The notes under the pieces are model-generated. The model searched no databases and was not told the origin of the DNA. It saw only the letters and a list, made by a program, of their open reading frames with translations. Source: Selaginella moellendorffii (taxonomy: Eukaryota > Plantae > Lycopodiophyta). From it: 64,000 nucleotides of DNA. How positions within the stretch are numbered: the first letter of the stretch is position 1; every line of letters starts with the position of its first letter. The DNA lies in NCBI RefSeq assembly GCF_000143415.4, contig NW_003314298.1, positions 1,472,602 through 1,536,601 on the forward strand, in the 5' to 3' direction. Below are positions 11,229 to 21,363 of this stretch, in pieces. The position numbers and the translations under genes are program-made.

Positions 11229-11774
11229 TTACTTGGTCGCGTAGACTTCCCGCGCCTCGGCCTTCCACACCTTCAATCGCGCGGCGTTCTCTCTCCACCG
11301 CTTCACTCGCAAAACCTCGCGGCGAGCAGTGCGAGCCCGGTAGAACTCGATAAACTTCTTTCGATCGGCCTGGAAGAGCGCGGGCAACGATCAAATTCAC
11401 GGAAGAGAAATCTAGCGAGCTTACATTGACATATCTCGTCTTTTGCAATCCACGCCACTGCCTGTTGAGATTTCTACGCGGCCTTGGCGGCGGCCGGGGC
11501 TTGATCACCGGATCGTTGGCCTCGAGCTTGGTCACTCCAGTGTAGAGTGTTGGAACTCTAAAAGGATCTGCCAGTGAAAGTCTCCACAAGAATGCCCAAG
11601 AGATCACCAGCAAGACATACCCACGTATTTGTTTCTTCGCTTGTCGCGGAACAAATGCCGCACCCACAGGCACGAGAATCGCAATGCCGGTGGATCAGCG
11701 CAGCCGGATCTGCCCGTGATCGCGGATGATCGCTGGAGTAGCGGCTTGAGGGCGCCCACGCACGCCCTGGCCAT
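11229..11774 (-). CDS. Unknown small basic protein, 145 aa, 3 exons (11774-11621, 11567-11425, 11369-11229), probably mitochondrial
   Basis: ATG, two canonical GT-AG introns and TAA give a continuous frame: MARACVGALKPLLQRSS...DPFRVPTLYTG...ADRKKFIEFYRARTARREVLRVKRWRENAARLKVWKAEAREVYATK*. Very Arg/Lys-rich. Confidence 0.7.
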
Positions 11775-11807
11775 CGGTGCCCAAGAACCCTAAACCCTAA
11801 GAAACAA

Positions 11808-14267
11808 ATGCGCCTCTCCTCGCGATGGCGCCTCTTGTTTCGCAGCGGCGCGAGGCGAGTGAGCACGCAGGCGAGGGCGCCGATCGTTTTCAAGGTGAGC
11901 GAGCCCGTGCCCGTGATCTATCCATCGCTCAGGAACCGCTGGAAGCCGCTGGAAGTGGTGGCTCCATTCGAGCTTCCCGAAGAGGCGCAATTCTCTGGCG
12001 ATGGAAGCGATGAAGAAGATGAAGAGGAGGAAGAAGAGGAGGAGCAGCATAGATCTAGGCGAGGGAGACAGGCAAAGGATCAAAGGCAAATGCAGGGAAG
12101 GGTAAAGCATCACAAAAGAGAAGAGTTTCACGAAGAGGAAGAAGGAGGAGGTACGCAAGAGGAAGAAGAAGACGACCAAGGGATCATAGAAATAGAAGAA
12201 GATCACGACGAAGAAGAATGTAGCGACGAAGACGACGATGATCTCGTCATGAATTCCGAGGAGGAAGCCGACTACCAAGAGCTCGCTCGAATGGTTGACG
12301 AGGAGGATCGAGAAGAGGCCGAGGCCGCACAGGCAGCCAAAGCTAGAGCTCGCGATCGTCACCGCAGTCGAGAGGAACCACAAGATCAAGCCCTCGTCCT
12401 CCAAAAACCTCCCAAGAACACGACGAGATCACCGGTGGTGGAAGATCAAGAACAGGAGCAAAGTTCCAGCAGGGAATCGAGTGACCACCATAGCGGTTCC
12501 AAGCGACTCGAGCAAATCATCCGGGAGCTCGAGCAACAGGACGTGAAGTTCGACTCGGCGGCGTATGGATCGCTCCTCCAGTGGTGCGGAAACTCCAAAT
12601 CCCTCGATCTGGGATCCCGCGTCTTGGATCACATGATCAAGACGAAGCAAACGCTGGACAGATACCTCCTCAACATGCTCGTCGAGATGTACGGCAAATG
12701 CGGCGCCGTCGGACAGGCCCGACAGACATTCGACCGGATATCGCGGAAGAATGTCTTCTCGTGGACAATCATGATCACGGCCTACGCCCAGAACGGGCAC
12801 AGCGCAGAGGCGATCAAGCTCCTGGCGGCCATGGATCTCGACGGCGAGCCTCCAAATGTGGTGACGTTCGTCAACGCGCTCGCCGCTTGCTCGAGCTCGC
12901 GATCGCTCCACGCCGGCCGGATCATCCACGAGAGCTTGGCGGCGAGAAATCTCGACTCCAATCTCATCGCCCAGACCGCGCTGCTCGACATGTATAGCAA
13001 GTGCTCGAGCTTGCAAGAGGCGATCCGGGTGTTCTCCGCGATCAAGAACAAGGACACGGTGTCGTACAACGCCATGATCTCCGCGCTCTCTCGCCAGGGG
13101 TACGGCAAGGAATCGCTGGAATTGTTCCAGAGAATGGAGCTCGAGGGGGTCCGGCCGGACGAGGTGACGTACGGCAGCGTCCTCAACGCTTGCGAGAGGC
13201 TTGGCGCTCTATCGTACGGAATCTCCGTACACCGCCGGATTCGTGGGACCGCGCTAGAGTCGGACGTGGTGGTGGCCACCGCGCTGGTCGGGCTGTATGG
13301 CCGCTGTGGCCAGCTGGATTCCGCTCGGGGAATGTTCGAGGCGATGGGGCAGAGGGGCGTGGTGGCGTGGACGCTCATGATCTCTTCCCTGGCCCAGAAT
13401 GGGCGAGGCGATGAGGCGCTGGATCTCTTCCGGAGGATGGAATGCGCGGGCGTGGCCCCCGACGAGGTGACGCTGGCGAGTGCCTTGCTGGCGTGTGGTG
13501 GCCGCCGCGTGGAGGAGGGGCGGCGGATATTCGACGCCCTGGGGAGGGTATATCCGGTGTCCGCCTCGGCGGAACACTACGGTTGCATGGTGGAGGTTCT
13601 AGGGCGGGCGGGGAAGCTCGAGGAGGCCGAGGGTTTGATCCAGGGAATGCCGTGCAAGGCCAGCGGCGCGATCTGGATGGCGCTGCTGGCGGCTTGCAAT
13701 CGGCGCGGCGATCTGGAGCGGGGGATTCGTGCTGCGAATCGAGCACAGCAGCTCGATCCCGGGAGCTTTGCGGCGTCCATGGCGATGCTCGCGGAGCTGT
13801 ATGGAGCGGCGGGGCGGTGGGAGGATGCTGCCAGGGTCAGGAAGGCTGTGGAATCGAGGAATGCGAGGAGGGAGCCCGGCGGGCGGAGCTGGATCGAGGT
13901 GAAGAACAGGGTGCACGAGTTTGGGGAGGATGATGATCGTCTGCAAGGCCCTCGGCTGGACAAGATCCGTGGCGAGCTCCAGCGATTGAGCTCGCTAGCC
14001 GTCGAGGAAGGGGGGATTTGCAAGGACGAGAATGCCAGGGCTCACATTCTTGGCTGCTGCCACAGCGAGAAGGTGGCGATTGGATTTGGGATTGTGTCCA
14101 CGCCTGCTGGGCAATTGATAAGGATCGTCAAGAATCTAAGGGCTTGCCACGATTGCCATGCTTTTGCCAAGTTTGTGTCTAGAAGGATACAGAGGGAAAT
14201 AAGTGTGCGGGATCCGTATGGCTTGCATTGCTTCCAGACTAATGGCTCTTGCTCTTGTGAAATTTGA
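11808..14267 (+). CDS. PLS-E-DYW-class PPR protein with a long acidic N-terminal extension and degenerate DYW end
   Basis: Arg-rich presequence, ~200-aa Glu/Asp-rich tract, PLS repeats, PG box (EPGGRSWIEV), HSEK, KNLRACHDCH; ends GSCSCEI*. Confidence 0.92.
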   Translation: MRLSSRWRLLFRSGARRVSTQARAPIVFKVSEPVPVIYPSLRNRWKPLEVVAPFELPEEAQFSGDGSDEEDEEEEEEEEQHRSRRGRQAKDQRQMQGRVKHHKREEFHEEEEGGGTQEEEEDDQGIIEIEEDHDEEECSDEDDDDLVMNSEEEADYQELARMVDEEDREEAEAAQAAKARARDRHRSREEPQDQALVLQKPPKNTTRSPVVEDQEQEQSSSRESSDHHSGSKRLEQIIRELEQQDVKFDSAAYGSLLQWCGNSKSLDLGSRVLDHMIKTKQTLDRYLLNMLVEMYGKCGAVGQARQTFDRISRKNVFSWTIMITAYAQNGHSAEAIKLLAAMDLDGEPPNVVTFVNALAACSSSRSLHAGRIIHESLAARNLDSNLIAQTALLDMYSKCSSLQEAIRVFSAIKNKDTVSYNAMISALSRQGYGKESLELFQRMELEGVRPDEVTYGSVLNACERLGALSYGISVHRRIRGTALESDVVVATALVGLYGRCGQLDSARGMFEAMGQRGVVAWTLMISSLAQNGRGDEALDLFRRMECAGVAPDEVTLASALLACGGRRVEEGRRIFDALGRVYPVSASAEHYGCMVEVLGRAGKLEEAEGLIQGMPCKASGAIWMALLAACNRRGDLERGIRAANRAQQLDPGSFAASMAMLAELYGAAGRWEDAARVRKAVESRNARREPGGRSWIEVKNRVHEFGEDDDRLQGPRLDKIRGELQRLSSLAVEEGGICKDENARAHILGCCHSEKVAIGFGIVSTPAGQLIRIVKNLRACHDCHAFAKFVSRRIQREISVRDPYGLHCFQTNGSCSCEI

Positions 14268-15578
14268 TAGAAGAAACGAGCTCGTTTTGATGGAAAACTC
14301 ACAAATGCCTGGAAGTAGGAGCCAAAAACCTAATAACAAGCCCTAAAAAGGTGGACATTACACTAACTATGTGATTGGAGATGACAGAGTTATCTAAACA
14401 ATGGAGGGAGCTCCTGGGCCAAGCTCTGCTGATTTGCAGTAGCAACACTACACACTAGAGAAACAAGAGGATAGGAAATGTGAATTTTTTAATTTGGAGT
14501 GAGTTCTAACATTGAACTTAATTTACATGAATCATGAATTGCAAATTGAATTATTAAGGATTAGTGGGTGATTTGTGGCACTGCACACCATTGGATTAAC
14601 TCAAATTTTAAGAATTGCATTGAACAATAAAAAACCGTTGGATTGAATGATTTATAACAATTATTATATATCTGCATGCTACTTGCTTGCTTTGTTGGCT
14701 GTGCTGTTGCTCACTCATTGAGTTCATGAATTGCCACTTTTGCTAGTGAGCTACAACCATTTTCAAAGTCTCCTCTTCTACTCCTTGTAGCATCCTTGGC
14801 AAATTTGGCTTTGTTTGCCAGACTCAACCGTTGGATTGAATGATTTATAACAATCATGAATTGCCAGACATCAGTTTGCTGATGTTTGATTAAGTGTTTG
14901 GAGTAGTCCCTGAAATGCTCATTTAACAGGTTGCTCCATTTGCTTTTTAAACTAACCCTATTATGAACCAAAGACAGGGCAAAATTAAAGATGAGCCTTG
15001 CCTTCTATGCCATGACATGGTTAAATTCCACCCCCTAGCCTACTCTATTAAGCTTGCGAGAGTTTATTAAAAGCTACTCAAGTTTGCCAAAAGATCAGAA
15101 TTAGATTCAAACATAAGCATCTAATTAAAGAGATAAAACAAAATGACAATTAAATTGAAAACTCCAGTCGCAATGTAGATGATTTTCTCAAGAGAAAACT
15201 CTTGCCTCTTGAAATAGCCATGCTCCAAGGCAGCTCTGGTAGTGATGAGATCAAAACAGCCAAAGAGATTATCTGAAGAAATACAAAACAAATAACACAA
15301 AATGTGGAAAAGAAGAAAAAAATAAACCAAAGTCACACAAATTGTATAAATCACAGAAGCTTAAGCATCACTTCTGATCAAATCCAGATAAACCATATTT
15401 GATACTCACCTGACAAAAGGATGTTGGTGGGCATTTTTCACCCACACTTTGCCTCGAGAATCCGTGAAATTGATCGCGCTGCCACAATCAATCCTTTTGA
15501 GAAAAAAATGCCTGGAAAGAGCACTAGGGAAGAGGACCACAATCTGCAGCAAGAAAGCAGAAGGCCATTCTAAAAGGG

Positions 15579-17998
15579 TTAATTTAATATGTTTAACCCT
15601 AAACTACCCTCTACTTTAGTGAATATATTTGCCATGAGAATGTAGCTTGTAGCTTTCTTCTCATCTACCCTCAGCAGAGATTCAAAAGCAAACCTCCCAA
15701 TTTCCACATTCTGCCACTTGTGACATGCAGCCAAAAGAGAAGTCCACGTAACCACGGTTGGCTCCAATGGCATAGACTTCACCATTGCCACGGCAGCATC
15801 CAGCTCATTCGCCCTCCCCAGCATATCCACCATACAATGGTAGTGCTCTCTCCCAGCCTTGATCCCATACCTCGCCACCATTTCCTGGAAATATTTCCTT
15901 CCACTGGCCACCTCGCCCGCATGGCTACACGCTGTGAGAACCGAGAGCAACGTAACACCGTCTGGCTCCACTCCACTCTCACGCATCCTCTCCAAATTCT
16001 CCACAACACGATCTGTGAATCCCTGTGACGCATAGCCAGCGATCAAAGCGCTCCAAATCTTGACAGAGCTACTGCCGCCGCTGCTGTTAGTGATGATCGA
16101 GTCGAAAACTTCCTGAGCAGCGGCCAAGTTCCCGGACTTCGCGTAGAAATCCACCAGCGAGTTTGCGAGGAACTTGTCACTCTCGAGGCCCTGCCTGCAA
16201 ATCCGTGCGTGGATTTCTCTGCCGGTCTCGAGCGATGCTAGCTTCCCGCAAGCTACCAGCGCAGCTCCAAGTGTTCTTCCGGGGATTGGATTTAACTCTA
16301 GCAGCTCTTGGAGGGCTGCAAAGAGCTCCAGTGCGAGCTCGGCTTCTCCATTTCCTGCGTAGCCAAGTAGCAGTGAGTTCCACGAGATCAAGCTATGCCT
16401 TACCATCCTGTCAAACACCGCTCGAGCATCAACCATGCTCCCACACTTTGCGTACATATCCATCAAAGCACCGGCTACAAAACCATCACGCTCGAATCCA
16501 CTGCTTGCAACTTGAGAGTGAATCTCCATACCTCTTTCCAGGCACTTGGCTTTGACGATCTTTCCAAAAACTCCAACGCCATCTTCGTCGGCAGCCAAGC
16601 TTGTGCAGGCCATCGATGCAGCGGCGTAAGTTCGAGCGTCTCGCGAGCACTCCATTTGCGAGTAGAGCTCCAAAGCGCGCTCGCTTTCGCCGTTTTCCGT
16701 GTAGCCCAGGATCATACTCGTCCAGGACACGGCGTCTCGCTGGTTCATGCTGTCAAACACTGCCTTAGCATCCATCAAGCTTCCACAAGTGGAGTACATA
16801 CCGATCATAGCGTTTGCTACGTAGATGTTTGAGTCGTGTAAGTTCTTGGCTACCTCGCTGTGGAGCGATCTTCCTCGCTCGAGCCACTGGAGCTTTTTAT
16901 CCGATTCTTCTCTCGCTGCTAAACTCGTAGCTGCCGTGATCGCCGCGACAAATGCTCTGGCATCAGGATCACAGCCTCTGAGAGCTACCATTCTCGCAAA
17001 CAGATCTAGCCCGAGCTCGGCCTCTCCATTTTCCACACAGCCAAGTATGAGCGACGTCCAGGAGACCACTGAGTGCTGCTTCATCCTGTCAAACACCGCT
17101 CTCGAGTCCCGTAAACTTCCACACTTGGCATAGAAGTCGACCAGGCTGTTCTCGAGAAAGATGTCGTCGTCGTCGTCTTCATCGCAGTTGCTGCTTCTCA
17201 AGAACTTTGAGTGTATTTCCATCCCTTTTTCCAGGCAACCGAGCTTGACAAACTTATCGTCGACTTCCAGGCCTTGCTCTTTGCTTGCCGAACTAGCCAA
17301 AGCCATGATCACCGCGAGAAAAGTCCGAGAATCTGAAACGCAGCCTTGCTGATCGAGCATACTGCCGAAGAGCTCCAAAACCATTTTTTCCTCTCCGTGA
17401 GTGGCATAGCCGAGTAGCAAAGCGTTCCAACAAGCTGTGCTACGAAGAGAAGAACTCGTTCCCGTCCCTTCAAACACTTCTCGAGCGTCATCCAAACTCC
17501 CACACTTGGAGTACATACTGATCAAGCTGCTGGCGACGTAAGCGTTGGAGGCAAGCCCACTCTCGATCGCCTCCAAATGGAGCTTCTTACCAGTCACTAC
17601 ATCCCTGGAAGCGCTACAAGATCTTAGCGAGGATAGCAACCTGGAAATGCGACGTTCTTCCTGTTCTTGAGAGCTAAAACTCGTCGTGGTCGCGAAACTG
17701 TGCTGTGCCAGGGAGTTTTCGCCGAGCCTGGATTGAACCCATCGAGGGCAGTAGAGCGATCCAATCCACAAACTCTCCCCAGTCTCCACATTCTTGAAAT
17801 CTGGAAGATTTTGCCACTAAAAACTAGGCATTGCGATGGAGCAAGAAGAACAGGTCTTACATCTTTCTTAGCTCTGTTGTCCCGCCACACTCCTGGATTC
17901 CGGAAGAGATCGAGCCACTTGCGCTCCTCTTGCAAGATGCGATCTCCATCGCCAGGAAAACAGCAATGGTTGCGCCAAGCGATCCTCCGGTAGAGCAT
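15579..17998 (-). CDS. OSB-type PDF-motif / PLS-class PPR fusion protein (exons 17998-17861 and 17816-15579, ~791 aa)
   Basis: The PPR ORF has no in-frame ATG at its start. A phase-0 44-nt GTAAGA...TTTTTAG intron joins KWLDLFRNPGVWRDNRAKKD to WQNLPDFKNVETGESLWIGSLYCPRWVQSRL (PDF motif), followed by PLS repeats and an E domain. Confidence 0.85.
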
Positions 17999-18132
17999 CA
18001 AAGACAAGCCCGCCCTAATTTCCAAAATACCGGTATATTCTAAACAGAATATGCTGAGCGAATAGAGCGGTATATTCTAAATCTAGACGGAATATTCTTA
18101 TTTACAAAAAAAGAAAGTTTCGTATATTCGAT

Positions 18133-19126
18133 CTAAAAGCCTAGTAAAATTTCTTGACCGTTGGTTTCATATAGAAACTTGGTCTTGTAATGCACAGACA
18201 TGTCGAGGCTCCACATCATGATCCCGGGCAATCTTCCACTCGTTTCATTGATGATCCTGTGAACTCCCGCAAAGAAATCATCCCCCTGGATGCCTCGATC
18301 GCGCACCTGGAGACTCACCAGCGTCTTGTCCACGCCGAAGATCTCCGCTTTCCGGTTGTAGTTGGCCACGAACTTGTCCACCGAGGGCGCATTCCTGGTC
18401 GTATAGAACTGATAGTTGACATAATCGATCGTGGAGTTGTAGCTCTGGAAGAGTTTGATGTACTGCGGATCGATGTTCTCGAATGGTGCGATGGTGGCGA
18501 TGGTGATGATCTTGTCAGCTTTGAGCCTGGTGATAAGCTCGCCAATGCAATACGCGAAGGTGGTGTTCTCGCTGTGGAAGCTCTCATAATCGATGTCGAT
18601 CCCATCAAGCGAGTAAGTACGGACGATCTTGGCGATGGAGTTGTGGGCATTTTTGATCCAGGCTTCCGGATCTTTCGGATCATACCAGAAGAGGATTTTA
18701 TCTTTCCCGGCCCGGGTATAGACACTCCAGCCCCCCAAACTCATAAGAACTTTGACGTTGCTTCGCGAGGATTTGATCTCCCGGACAGACTCTGGAGTGA
18801 GATCTTCGGACCACACCTGGTTGAAGATCCCGTTTCGCGGCTTGCCATTTTCGTCGGCATCGACGGCGAAGCTGAGGATGAAGTAGAAATCTATAGCCGC
18901 ATCGATTGGAACCTTGGCGAATGTCACAGAGTATCCCTCGGCTCCAAGGTACTCTGCGAAGATCTTTCTCTTGGCTTGCGGTGGAACCGTCGAATTATCT
19001 GCAAAGATCAAACGTTTCTATCCACCTTCCATTTCTACAAAGCGATTTCTTACCTTGAAGTGAAGCTGAGGATCCAAGAACAAGCAAAAGCAAAGCGCCC
19101 ACAACATAAGAAATCGTCATCGCCAT
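18133..19126 (-). CDS. Secreted GH18 chitinase (chitinase 2/narbonin-like), 2 exons
   Basis: Signal-peptide exon MAMTISYVVGALLLLVLGSSASLQ (19126-19054); FILSFAVD, VKVLMSLGG, catalytic LDGIDIDYE, IDYVNYQFY. Confidence 0.9.
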
Positions 19127-19442
19127 GGCTGCTGCTCAAACAAATCTGAGATTTTCTTCTTCTCCTCGGGGAATTTCGAGTTCTTCGTCACTGGTTTTAA
19201 GTACTCTGCCACGAAAGCGTGTGGCAATGTTTCTATGCGAGCCGACCAACGCTAAAACCAAAGCGCGGAACTATTTGGATGAACTTGCTCGATCCGGGCG
19301 AATCCCAGCCATCAGCAAATTTTTAAACAGGGCCGTTGGATCTTACAAGTTTCAAATGGTTTCAGCCCTAACGAATATCTCCCAGCGGCACGTAACATAT
19401 TCCTAATCTACGGTCTCCTCACAACCCCAATTTTTATTGGCG

Positions 19443-20325
19443 ATGGCTTCCTCCACAGATGGCGCTGCCGGGCGCGGCGATGGCGATGGAGACGATTCCA
19501 AGAGCAGCGCTGCCGTTCTTCCAGATCATTTCGTCCCGGAGAGCACGAATCTCCCAGCTTACTCTTGCGTGATCAAGGGGGTGGGCGATGCGATGTCGGG
19601 CGCCGTCATGGGCAGCGTCTTTGGTTTTGGTATGTTCTTGCGGTTTCTTTCCAGCTTGCTCGAGAATGTGAGCGATGGAGGATGTCTTGTGGCAGGCACT
19701 GGGCTGTTCCAGAAGAAGGGTTTCAAGGGAGCTCTCCACTCTGGTGCTTCATCCGCCAAGGTACCATAAACTCTTCTCTTTCCCGAAGACAATTCCAATG
19801 CTTCTCGTTTCTCCAGACCTTCGCGATTCTATCCGGCATACATGGATTTGTGACGACTCTCCTGATCCAAATCCGTGGAAAGAAAGATGGTATGCTGCTC
19901 TTTTCTCGGAATTTTTGTTCTAAACTTTCTTGCAGCGATCAATGCTGGAATCGCTGGTTGTGCCACCGGCATTGCTCTCAGCGCTCCAGGTTCGCATTTC
20001 TATCAAACATAGATCTTATAGAACTTAAAACTTCTTTGCTCCATCGCCAGGGAATCCAGCAGCGCTCTTGCAAGGCTGCGCAACGTTTGGGGTGTTCTCC
20101 TACTTTGTGGAAAGGATGAACACCACCCAGCCAGCGATCGCAGCGACGCTAACCGGCAAGAAAAAATCCAGGGACAAAAATCGCGGCAAAGAGCTCCATG
20201 GATTCCCGGTGCTGCCGCCATTCACTCTCGCTCCAGCTTTCATGGACGGCTACCACGCTCTAAATCTCCCCAAATTGCAGCTACTGAGCTTCGGCAACGA
20301 GCACAGCAGCGCAAAGTTTTTGTAA
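19443..20325 (+). CDS. Tim17/Tim22/PRAT-family protein (HP20/HP22-like), 5 exons
   Basis: GDAMSGAVMGSVFGFG|TGLFQKKGFKG...SAK|TFAILSGIH...IRGKKD|AINAGIAGCATGIALSAP|GNPAALLQGCATFGVFSY. Confidence 0.87.
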
Positions 20326-20502
20326 AACTCTCGAGTGTAAAGTTTAGATTTTGCTTCAATCGCAGCCGTTGAATCTAAAACCAATCTCGGCCGCTGATCT
20401 AAACCAATCGCAGTCGTTCGTTTGTTAGTATGATTTTAGGGCTCTTGACGGCTTCGGCATTTAGGGCTTGTCAGTAGGGTTTGGAGGAGAAATCTCGGCG
20501 CC

Positions 20503-20820
20503 ATGGGGCACACCGCTGTGTGGAACTCGCATCCGAAGAAGTATGGACCTGGATCTAGGCAGTGGTAAGGATTCTCTCGGTCTTCTTCTTCTTCTCTAGC
20601 GCGAAGAAATTTGATCGATGTTTTGCCCTGGATTTCCAGCCGGGTCTGTGGGAATGGCCACGGCCTCATTCGCAAATACGGGATAATGTGCTGCAGACAG
20701 TGCTTCAAGACTTACGCCAAGGACATTGGCTTCATCAAGGTGCGTGGCGAATTTCTCTCTCGTTTTGCTCTTGCCGGGACTGAAATCTTTACTCCTTTCG
20801 TGTTCTTCCAGTACCGGTAG
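20503..20820 (+). CDS. RPS29: 40S ribosomal protein S29 (uS14), 3 exons
   Basis: [21 protein letters not shown]|[33 protein letters not shown]|YR*. Confidence 0.97.
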
Positions 20821-21363
20821 AGTGAAATCGAGCTCCAGGAAGTTCTCAATCTAGGAAAAATGGATCCGCGAGAGAGGCGATCGAAATTTTGACAAGAAAA
20901 AAAAACCATGTAGCTTGAGTTCTTCCTGGAATGAAAATTGTTCTCTGTTTTTCCTTGATCGAATCGAGTGTTTTAAAGTTTTTACTGCGTTGGGAAGGTC
21001 ACATTCTACTGTCTTGTCACGAGATTTAATCTCTGTTACAGTTTAAACGCGTGGCAGAGCTGGCACCGTCGAGATGAGCTGTGATCGACGGTGAGTGGTA
21101 GATGGGGCTATGGCTGCTCGTGGATGAATAGCACTCCGCGAGATCGATCGATCGATTTAGCAACTTAGCTCCCGATCGAGGCGATCGCCGGGAAAAAGCG
21201 AAGAATGGAGGCATCCGCGACAGTAATGGTTCATACAAAGGCTCGGGAATTCAGATGCTAGGCGCCATCGCAACACAAGATTCCTCTTCCTCCTCCTTCT
21301 CCTCCTCCTCCTCCTTGATTCTTCCTTCTAGATGTAGGACGCCATATTTCGATCGATCCATCC

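Noticed and set aside
13860-14267. Possible U-to-C (DYW:KP) editing domain
   Set aside because: It has a PG box and HSEK rather than the KP-type signature.
18190-19149. 319-aa plus-strand ORF
   Set aside because: Antisense shadow of the chitinase CDS with no recognisable motifs.
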